From Kudoa neothunni (lineage: Eukaryota; Animalia; Cnidaria), in the NCBI GenBank assembly GCA_964304625.1, contig OZ199838.1, positions 12,467,843 through 12,531,842 on the forward strand: a DNA stretch of 64,000 nucleotides. The letters are read 5' to 3'. The notes beneath the pieces were generated by a model, which worked only from the letters and a program-made list of their open reading frames with translations, did no database searches and had not been told where the DNA came from. Below are positions 52,663-64,000 of the stretch, one piece after another (within the stretch, counting starts at the first letter, position 1; every line of letters starts with the position of its first letter). Made by a program: the position numbers and the translations under genes.

Positions 52663-53475
52663 TTAATTAGATCTTCATTGGTTTTATTTTAAATCCTTCG
52701 CTCCATCTTATTCAAAAATATTAACCACGCCTGTCCGAAGTGTTATAACTAGGTGAAACCAAAAGAGCTAGTTTGTTCATAATTCATAGAAGACTAATTT
52801 ATTTTCGACATAGTTTTCTGATTGCTTCTGTAATGTATTAAAGCTTCATTTAAACAGAAAAAGTTTTAGATTTATGTTTTTGAGATAAAAATTTGTGTTA
52901 ATGTTTGAACGCCATTGTCTAATTTTCTTACATTGTTTATTATATTATTATTAAATGTCAAATTATTATTGTGGTAAGATTGTTTGGAGATTTACTAAAG
53001 TTAATCCCACAACATTATGCCAATCTCGTATCAGTAGCAGACTGATTACACAGTATATCGAATCCAAGATGAAACCGTGCAATATCATAATAGAACAAAT
53101 TATGATCGAAGAAATCAGAAAACAGGCATATATAAGAAATTTAGCGCCATTGGGATCCAAATATATTTATTCAGACAATAAACGAAATTTCTACTAATAT
53201 TTTATTAGATTAGTTTCTGGTGGCATATATCATGTTAAAGTTTATTTTTTGAAAGTTCAAACTTAATGAATGAATTATGTCTACAATATTATTATTATGG
53301 TTTGAACTTGGCCAATTTTAACTCTCGAATTTTCTTTTGTGAACAAAATGATGCGATTGACAAACCATGCCATTTTTCGTAATGAAGGAAAAAGAGATTC
53401 AGTTTAATTTTAATTGGTTTAACACAATATTGTAAGTTAATTTATCGAGGTGTAAGCGCAGTAAATTTTCATAAA

Positions 53476-53638
53476 CCCTCTCATGCCTGAATTTTTATTC
53501 ATTGATGAAATAAATGTATAAATTTAAATAAGTAGTTTAACTTAACCCCGATATTTATTTTCTTAAAATACCATTTAAAATTTCATAAAAATGGGTATTA
53601 AATGTTATTCCGTATATCGGACATCTGGCACGAAAGGG
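53476..53638. mobile_element. piggyBac-type MITE, 163 bp
   Basis: Ends CCCTCTCATGCCTGA / TCTGGCACGAAAGGG, followed by TTAA on the right. Left flank is TAAA. Confidence 0.65.
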
Positions 53639-54141
53639 TTAACATTGATCTTTCTGGGTTCAATCAGTTAAGATACTTCGACAGGGGGTAATTTTTTTTT
53701 CGCTCAGTACGGGGGTGGTGATGCTGAAACTAAACTGCAGACTAGAAAACTAATTATAAAAAAATGTATCAAAGAAAGTATCGATATTAAACTATTTTGA
53801 TTTTATGTGCGTTGTGATCATTTTTAATTGCAGGAATTAATTTTTTAATTATAAACGTTCGTTCCAAAAACAAGTCGATAATTGATGAAGTATGGTGAAA
53901 GTAATGATTTTCGTTGCATTGATCCATTGTGCCCCTTCGTGACTCAGAGCCTACCAATATTATCTGTCAATACTAAAAAATTTACAAGCTCCATATTAAA
54001 AGCATCGAGTTATTGTTTTGAGAACGCGACAGATGCCTGCTTGAAAAAGTTACAAATTCAGTCAAACAAATATTATTGGTAGGTGAGGTAAAGAGATGAT
54101 ATCGTTATAGATATAGGGAAAAAGTGTGTATTAAGTGAGAA

Positions 54142-56461
54142 TTATTGCATAAGGTTTAGCCATTTTATTAAATTTTTGTAAATCTTCGTGATAAGCGTGT
54201 GTATGTTTGATTTTGAGGTTAATTTTTCGGTTGGAGGAACCCAGGTTGAGTTGCCTTTTCGGCCAAAAGTGAGTTTAGAATAAATGTCGCTTAAGGTTTG
54301 GTTGGACTGTAATCGTTCCATAAATCCAGCCCATGATTTGGGGGATAAATCGATAAGATTGAATTCACTCTAAATAATCCATAAGAAGGACAAAACTAAT
54401 TATATGCCCACCTTGGCACTATATAATAATTTCCATTGAATATTTCCGCTGGATTTTACTTCATCAATATCATAGTAATAAGTTTGATAGTCGAGAACGT
54501 TCTATATTATTTAAATAACATTAAGCACTCAATATTTAATAAATACATGGCTTTGAGAATCAATTTCATACACACGAAACCGCGGATTCAAATTTTTAAA
54601 CGGTGTTACAGAGGGAGCAATGTAGGTGGCGCTAGATAATAAAATTAAATGTATCACGAATCGATCAACTTTAAAAACAATAATTAATAATTGTATTAAA
54701 TAGTTATACTGTTTTGGCATAGTTTTTGTTTCAGTGTCGAACTGCACCCGAAACGAATCCTTATGATAGTGGCCGGCAAATGAGGCTTTTACAGTATTAG
54801 AAAATCTCTCAATAATTCTGTCAAAGTTTTTGCTCCATATAGGATCGCATTCAGACGTCCCAGGTGGTACATGCATTATTATATGGACCTAATAGCATGT
54901 TATTTTTTTAAACATAAGGAAAACAAACAAATACATCAATGTTTTTAGCTTCAGCGTCGAGCAATTCTGTTACGAGCCATTTTAGTTGATCATAAGGGTC
55001 CACGTTATCATAATATATCCACAAATTGTAGATATAACAGAACATTGAGTTTATTTGCACAAGCTTCAAAGTGGGTGTCACCATAGCACTATAGAATCCT
55101 CCGCTAGATGTAATTTTATTTAGAGAAAGATTCAAAAATAAATTTTTGTTTCCTAGCCATAGAAATGATATTTCAAGTGGCGATGAGCAATAAATTAATT
55201 CCACAAAATTATAATTGGGGGATAAATTGGTGCAACATACCTTTGTATTGTCTTGTGTGTGGATGATGGAAGCCACGATGACCAAACCTCAGCCAACTCG
55301 GTATAAAGCCAAGTCACATTGTAGTAGTTGGTATTGCGTTCCGAGGGGAAACTATAAATAGAAATTCAACTGAGCCAATTATCAATATCTTACAAATTCG
55401 TTGGAAATGATTCATGATTTCCAACCGAAGGATAAATTGGAATATCTTTAAAGTAATTTTTTAATGTATTATACGTCCGATTGATTGATTTTTGCTTGTA
55501 TAATCGTCAAACGAGAAAAATACTCAAATAGTTTTACCACATTTTGGCGGGATTCCATCCAAATATCATGTGGTAAAATATCCCCAGTCATAAGAATGTA
55601 ATCAATCTGGAAAAGTTGGTACACCTCATAATGTAAAACAAAAAGAAAGTTACATCTGGTAATGAACTGGTGAAATTCAGTAAACTTTCAAACACCACTT
55701 GATTGGTATCGCACAGATATTCGCCGTATTTTGAGGCAGGATTCTTCGCTAATTAACGTTATTCTAATTATCAAAAACTCAGCCTATACGCGTAGTGCCG
55801 CCATTTGGATATTTCCTACAACATAGTGGATATTGACATTCGACTTCAGATCCCACTTCGTACCCATCATCAAAATGTATATCTGAGATTTGTATTATTC
55901 GATAGGTAGTTTTGGTTCGAGTTGGCTAGATTTATTTTACTTAGTTTATACTCATCCAAGTATGAAAAGTGACTTTTTGTAATCTTTTCTGAGCCATTTT
56001 TGTATACGGGGAATGCAGGATTTTAAAAAATGGCTTTTTTGGAATATCAATAGTCCAACTGAAGAGAATACTTGGGTGAGATTTGCACAATTTTTCAGGT
56101 ATTAGGACTCCGTCCAAAGCTATTTTCTCCATTGTATGAAAATATATTGCGTCCATTTGTGTGCATAAGTCAACATTATACAAATATACACATTCTTTGA
56201 AGATAATTTTGTGAATTATTTCTTTTAAGTGACTCCTTTCGTATACTTGCTTAACCAACTCGAGGCCAAATGGGCAAAACATCCCTATGTAACTGCCGTA
56301 TGGATTTTTCTCTAGAATTTTAATCACCTAAAATAACCTAAGTTTTATTCACCAAGTGTTAGGGCTGGTCTTGAATCATCCTTTGAAACGACTACATTAA
56401 GGTTGCCTTTTCTTACGTAGGTAAAAACCAGAATAATTGCTAGTCTACTTCCTAGCACCAT
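54142..56461 (-). CDS. SMPD1: Acid sphingomyelinase-like phosphodiesterase, paralogue 1
   Basis: Hydrophobic N-terminus, a saposin-like Cys region, and the complete metallophosphoesterase motifs SDIH, TGDILPHD, GNHE, HVPPG, AGHYH and PSVTP...NP. Multi-exon, with stop at 54142-54144. Confidence 0.9.
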
Positions 56462-57670
56462 GTCTCAATATTATAAAAAGTGTCAACCGAATTATAGTAT
56501 TATGATGGATTAAATCAATTTATTAGATTTTTCTCATATTAGGGTCCTCACTCAAATTAACTTAATGAAGCTCTAAGGAAATTAATCGTTTTCATTGCCA
56601 TTGGTTGGTGTATTATTAACCAAAATAAATACTGGTTGAGCATATTCTTATCATACAATATCATAGAGTGCACTTACGACAACGAACAATCAACATTCAT
56701 ACTCAATCCTATTAAGCCTTAATTTTATGTTAGATCAATGCAAATTATAGAATCTGCTGCTGTAGCGAACGATTGGTATCATTTCTCCTTAATACAGTTA
56801 ATAATTCACATTTGTCAAAAATATGCGTAACTGAAAATGATTTACAAAGAGAATCGCCGACTTCGATAACATGATAATGACCATTACTAGGGGGAATAAT
56901 AAGTCCTAAATAACATAGGCGCATAAACATTTACGTTTACATTAATCCAGTAAATTATTCTAGAAACTTAAGAAATGAGTTCCTCAGTCTTCTATCATGA
57001 GTTATTTTTAGCTCATTTTGGCTTCTATTTAGAACTAAAATATCTCTCTTACAAAATATATTTGATTGCCTGTCCTTCTATTTGCATTCGAACATAAGAG
57101 TGTATGAGGAAAAGTGTCTCCATATAGTAACCATTTTTTGCATTATTCAACTTTATGAATAAAATGAAGCATAAGTTCAGTTTCGGTGAGTTCAATAACC
57201 GAAAGTGTTATCTTTAAATCAAATATCTCCGATACATTCATTAAGCCTGGAGAATGGGCTAATATTGATTTTATTTCTCTGATTTTGATATAAATTTTGA
57301 ATTTTTATAATAACTCCGATTTCAAATTATGTAGTTAATTTCATGTTTGACAAAACCCCGCATCTCAATTAAGATTGTTGAATCTGTCCGACATCGAATG
57401 ACTTTGTTCGAGGCGTAAATAAAATTGTATGTGGAATGATCCAGTTGAATTAGTTGCTAATTCGGGTATTGTACACAATCCTGTTATGAGCGTTCCACGA
57501 ATGTATGTATTGACTGTAAATTGCACAAGATGAAGTTTTTTCAAAATAACCAATTAACTGTTTTATATTAATAATTTTATATTTGAAACCTTTCTGTTCC
57601 AATTTTTGAAATCCTCTATCCGTTTTTCCAATATATACAAATACTAGGGACAAAAAATACTCTATATATA

Positions 57671-60587
57671 CAGTAGGCAATCGATAATACGTAATCCCCT
57701 CGGGACCATAAAAAGTGCGTACTAAAAGTTGTAACCGACAATACGTACCCAGTATGCGTGCGCACATACAGTTGGGGCGGTTTCTTTATTTTTCAGTGTG
57801 GGTATTACACCTTTTATTTTAATAGAAAAATAACAAACATTATTAAGATTATTTGGCCGAAAAATAATGTGCAATTTTTATTTTAATCGTAGTTATTGAT
57901 AAAATATTTATATTCTTTTACACTGGGAAAAAATTTAGTGAATGGTCAGTTCTAAAAAATTATAAGTACTATTTTATGCCTTATTCACTTTTTAGAGCAA
58001 TATGAAATTTTTTATATTTGTATCCTAAAATCTTTATTTATGCACATCTATAACATTCATTAATTGGCAATTAACATTGTCTTGAAATAAAATTTATTCT
58101 ATTTTCATTTCGTTCAAAAATTCAACCGTAAGAATTAAAATTTTTCCCTCGTTTCCAATAAAAACAATTTAACCCTCGAAGGACCGTGCTCAAAAACTTA
58201 TGCGTGTAACCATGAGGGTACCTCAGGTATCCCATAAGTTTTCTATAATAGAGATTGTATTTTCTCTTAATTTTTTAAATTTGTAAATAGTATATTTATG
58301 ACTATTAAAAATGATATCCGAATAATCAAACTGATAAGTGAATCAATAGGAAATTTCAAGAACATTTCAATCTGTATTACCAATATAATCCCTTGCACTC
58401 TCTCTAATTGTTATGTTATAAGATATACACAAATACTTCAAATCCTTTTCGATCGGTAGGAAATAAAAAAAAGCTTCCCGGTTATTCTTTTCAAAAATAA
58501 TATCATAAACAGCAATGCGTCCCGTGGGTTACTCACACGGTTGACCTTGGTAATCTCTACGTTGATTGGTGGATTATATTTGATCTAATTCATTGAACGG
58601 GAAAAATGTGTTATGTTCCAAGTTTAAGTTAGTGTTTATTTTGGGGGTTTTCTTATTAAGTTATGTAACAGTGGAATTTGTCGCGCTGTCATGAGAGGAC
58701 GCCATGATCAATAATAACTCCCGACTAGGAACGGTTAATCTAAACGTGGTTGACGCGTGTCATCCATCACAAGTTATATTCTCCCAAAATTAGTTTATTC
58801 AATTACTTTTGCGCCACAATAATTAAATATTTAAAGATGAATCGAAATTGCGTAATATTTTAATTTATGATAAACATTAATAAATATTATAAAAACATAT
58901 CAAAAATATGATACTACCCTTAATTATAGAGAATTAACACGTTTTGGTGAGTATTAACGTGGTTCTCTAAAACTATGCTTTGACATCATCGGAATCCTAT
59001 TATACAACATAAGGGAAATCAAAACTATAACGCTCTCCTTATACTTTTTATTCATTCGTGTCCTTATATTCACTATATTGCTATATAATAAGCTAGCATT
59101 TGATATTACGCTTAACCTTCTAAAGTCGCTAAAAAACAACCTTCGGAGATCTTTTGGGGTCAAATTGACTCCAGATTATTATTTGATAAATTAATTCCAA
59201 AAATTGTTACCTATTTAATTTTCTGGTATTTTTGATTTCTATCTACTTGTTTTTCATTAAAACAATGTGAAATACAACAATTAATTCTGTTAAATCTTTT
59301 ATGTAATTATTCGTAATCTGTTACAGAATGATCGTAAAATGTAAGCCATTGTTTAATACCTAATTTATTATTTAAAATAATAATTTGGGGTCTTTTGGGG
59401 GAAAATATTTTTATTTCAATTTTCTATAAACAATACTTTAACATATTACCGAAAATAACGATTATTATTTATTTTCACGTAGATTGTAATACTTTTCAGT
59501 CGGGTTTTTTATCTTAATCTAGCGCGAAACCACGCCCTTGTCAGGTTACACAAGTATTTTGAGTTGAAGAATCCCTTTAAAATCATTTAAAAATACACTT
59601 ATACTCTCAGTTAATCCATTAAAAGGACGAAACTAAAAGATATTTAAAGGAAATCGTACAAGTTCTCTATCAACCTCTCATGGGCCGAAATCTACGGAAA
59701 GAGAAAATTGTCAAAGCAAAATCACCCTATCTAGGGGCCCCGACTAAAAATTACCGAATAGCCAAGAGACATCGATGTGAATATTTTCCTCGAGGAACTG
59801 ATAAAAAAAAATCAAATCACATGCTCACATTGCAATAAACACTATTGTTCGGTTCATTCATCGAAGAACTGTAAGAATTGTTCAAATAATTAGATAGGTC
59901 GGACCAAATTTTTAAAAATTTCTACAATCTTTTTGTTGTGCGAGGAACATATAATATTCAACTTATCAATTAAAAAAATGAACGTGAAGTATCATTCTTC
60001 GTACGATCATTTGGGAACAGGATCCGAGATTATTAATAAGGTATTAACACAGATTAAATGATATATTAAACATCATTTTACCAAAGAATAAGTCGATAGA
60101 ATTTATAAAGCATCACTTCTTTACTTTTTACAAATTTTTTTATAGTATAATCGTAAAATAAAAACTTGGGATTAATTTGACCCGAAAGTCTTTGGAGGGT
60201 TAATAATGATTTTTGAGGCGAGTTAACAAACCGACTGCACATTGAACACATTTTTACCAGAATATATGCCGTCTCTTTTTTAAAAAAGTTAATATAAAGA
60301 AAATGAGCATAATTATAGAAGATTACACGAACGTACAAGTTAGAATTTAAAGTTTTGATAGGTAAAAACAAAGATTTAAGAATAATGTGTTCTCAAAAGA
60401 CCCCATATGGTCTGGAGAGGGTTAATCTATGTAGTTTGGCCGGAAAAGTCCGTATCAACGGTTAGTTACGTGATACAACAGATAGGAAATTTCCTAGTTC
60501 AATTCAAAAATATTATAAAAAGTTTCATCCAATATAAACTTTGACTACGTTGTATCGATGAAAGTGTGCATTATCGGTTGCATACTG
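57671..60587. mobile_element. pogo/Tigger-like non-autonomous element hosting a piggyBac derivative
   Basis: TA flanks on both sides and TIRs CAGTAGGCAATCGATAAT / ATTATCGGTTGCATACTG. Confidence 0.75.
58173..60421. mobile_element. Internally deleted or composite piggyBac
   Basis: TTAA-CCCTCGAAGGACC on the left and GGTCTGGAGAGGG-TTAA on the right. A second right end, GTCTTTGGAGGG-TTAA, lies at 60188-60203. A Cys-rich transposase C-terminal remnant lies near 59760-59890. Confidence 0.75.
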
Positions 60588-60849
60588 TAATTTTAAATCA
60601 TTCTCTTTATTATACAATATAGACAACACTCATTTTTGGATTTTTCTCTGCAGGCATCGACCTAAACATAAAGACAAAAAAATACATTAATTAATTTTTG
60701 TGCTTTTTTTAAAGTTTTAAAGACAGTTAATTCAAAATCAACGATTATGAATTTTTTCGAATCTTAGCATTCACTTTCTTACTTAAAATAAAAAAATGTT
60801 TTTAAAATCCAACCAAGATTTATAAATAGGGATCGTAGTTTTCGATTAA

Positions 60850-61300
60850 AATCGATGTTAATCGTCGAATTTTTGAAAAAATGTTTCGACGTTTATTTTC
60901 CTGGCAAATTCGAAATCTCCCGGATAACTTAAAAGGGGTAGTAACTGTAAAGAAATTGAAATTTTTTGTTGAATGGATCGACACAATAAAAGTGGAAAAT
61001 GAATTACCCTGTAAATATTGCAACGTGAAATTCTCTCTACAACAAAGTAGAATTTACAGGCAAATGAATGCAATGAAACATCGTTAATAAGCGTTTCAAG
61101 ACACTCCTCGGTCGGTTATTTTTTTAGATAGAAAAGATGGCAAAATTGTGAAAAATTTAGTTTCTGTTATTGTTCTCGACGTTCTTCTGCTATTGCAATT
61201 TGATAAAAAGTTTTTTCTGAGGAGCTTGTTCCAAATTTTTTTAAGTTAAAAATGACCAACGCGAACGCATGCTTACTACTGAATCAACCAAAATAAACGT
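60850..61300 (+). mobile_element. Possible BED-finger/hAT 5' remnant
   Basis: Short ORF with FF...PCKYCNVKFS...KH. Otherwise decayed. Confidence 0.3.
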
Positions 61301-62727
61301 CGAAAACTGCTATCCCTATTTATAAACCATCAAGATATATACAAGTAGCAATGTTTTCAGCCAAATTATTTCCCATTGATAATGTATAATTGCATAAACT
61401 CTTTTGGAACGACTTTCAATGTTCCATCTATATATTCGTTTTATTTAAATAATTAAATTGGATGTTGTTGTGGATTAAATTTTTCTTGATTTTAACAGAG
61501 AACCTGCATCGTCTTTTCCAAAAATCTTCACTCCTGTTTGTTTTTATATTAGAGTTCTTAAAGACAATATTTTTTACTTTTCAGATTGTCTGGATATGTT
61601 TATAGATTGTCTTTTTTGAAATAATGGACAAATCATTAAGATTTCGCCCCGTAGAGACGCCAGAACAATCTTCTTTAGTGGAATATTTTGTGCCTTTAGA
61701 CAGCTGTCTTATATTTTCAGATAAAATTATTTTTTTTAATTTCCTCATCAGAAACTAAATGATTTTGAGATTTTTTCCAATGGAGAAGTAATACGTCTAC
61801 CTTTATATCTTTAATTTTACCAGCACCAATATTTATTTTGTTGTATAATACTTTTTTTACACAGAAAAAGCTATATGAATAATATTTTAGCTTTGTTTCT
61901 TTAAGTTTTAAGCTTCCTATTGTCAATAATGGACAACTTAGTCAAAACTTATCTTACTCTCGATAAATTCTATGACCACAAAGAAAGATTCAAATCAGAC
62001 GTCGAAAATTTTACTTTAAAGAATTATTTAAATTATTTAAAATGATGTTTATGGATTATGCAATAGTTTGTAGAAAAGAGCGTATTTAAATTGATCCTGA
62101 ACGAAACTGGGTAAAATTTGAACAAAAAATTAATTCTTTCAAATATTCTTCAATCCCTTAATTTTCTAACTATTTTTATGATCTCACTAACATGATTAAA
62201 GTTTAATTTCACATACGGCAATCGTTGCAAGCATTAGAATTAAATTATGTACCAGTTTAATTACTTCTATAAGTTAATTGAATAATTTTTTTTTAATTTT
62301 CAGAGGTTTTTCAATACGAAATATTTCAAATTTCCAACCAAGCTGGGAGGTTCGGGCTAATTATACATTAATATTATTAGATTTGACTCCATACCATAAA
62401 TATGAAATCGAATAAAATTTCGAATAAAGTTGATAATAATCATTTTTTGTTATTACTAAATACGATTCAATAATACATTCGCAATATTTATTAATTATAA
62501 TTTAAGGTCACAAATAGTCATTATTTTTTAAGATTTAAAAATAATGCTATAACCACAGCTCTATGTGAAAAAATTATAATTCGTGATTGATCATTTAAAT
62601 AACTTTCAAAGTAAATACCACTTTTCTTATCAATGCTATATTATGTAAAATTTAATATAGAATAATATTGTTGTAGAAGTTATGAAATTGCTAGAATTTC
62701 AAAAATATTCTGCCGAAACATGCAGAA

Positions 62728-64000
62728 TTATCTTAGGCCATCCCACAGGGCCAGGATTAACTTGTAAAACTTGTTTAGCTTAGAGAGAGGCTTGTCCGTC
62801 GGATGAACCCAGGAAGAATTAGTTTGGCGACCGAATACTATATGGTGGTAGTTTTCAGTTATGGTTCTGTTGGACCGCATTCGTACAGTAAATTCTGCCC
62901 ACGAAGAAGGAGACAAATCTTGTAGATGGAATTCGCTCTAAATTATTCTAGAGTGTATAAAAACATAAAAGGATTAACTTTGGCGCTATATAATAATTTC
63001 CATTGAATTTTTCGTTTAGATTTTGCTTCATCGATATCATAATAATAAGTGTGATGGTCGACAATATTCTATAAATTAGTTGAATTTAGGATAAATTTGA
63101 TTCTAAAATGATACATGGCTTATAGCATCAATTTCGTATAAACGAAAACGAGGATTTAAATTAGTAAATGGCGTCACCGAAGGGGAGATATATATAACAC
63201 TATGGAACAGAATTCATTGTAACTCCCGTTGCCGACCAAGTTTCATGATAATACTGTTTGGGTATGGTCTTGGTTTTTGTATCGTATCGCACAAGGAAAT
63301 CATCAATGTGGTGATGACCCGCAAATATCACTTGGACAGTAGTGGAGAACCTCTCAAGAATTTGGTCAAAGTTTTTTTTCCAAATATCCTCACAATCACC
63401 TTTCGGTGGTATGTGCGTTATTATGTGGACCTAATAGTCAACCATTTGCCGTCATACTACTATTGAAATACATTCAAGCCTTTAACTTCAGCGTCAAGTA
63501 ACTCGTTTATTAGCCATTTCAGTTGATCGTACGGATCAACATTATCATAGTATAGCCACATATTTTTAGTGTAGCAGAACATTGAGTTTATTTGCACAAG
63601 TTTTAATGAGGGTTTCACCATTACGCTATAGAATCCTCCGCTACATAATATTTATTCGAAAACAAAAACCACCAATCATTTTATTTTGCACACACGATTA
63701 TTTATGTTTTAAAAATAGAATGAAGTGAGCATTATGGATTAACTCTCATTTGCCAGAAAAAACAGCGTAAAATACCCTCGTATAGTTTGACGCGTAGTTG
63801 ATGGGAGCCATAACGACCAGACATCAGCTAATTCAGTGTAGAGCCATGATATATTGTAATATTTTTCATTTTGGCTGGTGGGGAAGCTATAAATAAAATT
63901 TCAAATAAGCTAAAATATATAAAAATTACAAACTCGTCGGAAATGATTCATGATTTCCAATCGAAGGATATATTGGAATATTTTTAAAGTATCCTTTTAA
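62728..64000 (-). CDS. SMPD1: Acid sphingomyelinase-like phosphodiesterase, paralogue 2 (5' end outside window)
   Basis: GNHESFP, GGFYS, VDPYDQLKWL, HIPP, AGHHH and SPSVTP motifs, with the same intron positions as paralogue 1. Confidence 0.9.

Noticed and set aside
53830-54141. Extra coding exon or stop readthrough after sphingomyelinase paralogue 1
   Set aside because: All frames close quickly, and paralogue 2 ends at the equivalent position.
1-64000. CRISPR arrays, operons, a variant genetic code, and the many short ORFs in the track
   Set aside because: The DNA is eukaryotic and host genes splice cleanly under the standard code. In-frame stops are confined to dead transposons, and the remaining short ORFs are antisense or AT-rich noise.

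Overview
AT-rich eukaryotic nuclear DNA. The proteins are very divergent but metazoan-like, with dense, mostly 40-60 nt GT-AG introns. This fits a reduced parasitic animal such as a myxozoan, but that placement is only an inference. Hand-splicing gives eight host genes: TBL3/UTP13 (5' partial), RPS19, dCMP deaminase, MetAP1, a ubinuclein/yemanuclein-like gene, a two-HMG-box UBF-like gene, and two tandem acid sphingomyelinase-like paralogues (the second 5' partial). About half of the window is decayed and often nested transposons: several hATs, piggyBacs, pogo/Tc1/mariner elements and MITEs, a long-TIR family, and a full-length Gypsy with ~110-bp LTRs. The best leads are: (i) a 124-bp TG...CA insert with a 4-bp TSD that carries a tRNA-Lys-like Pol III module, with its empty site visible elsewhere in the window; (ii) a minimal UBF; (iii) sphingomyelinases whose C-terminus is an amphipathic helix; (iv) a GCATGCGC motif 15-16 nt before two start codons; (v) drifted splice signals. 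All calls are by eye, and no database searches were run.
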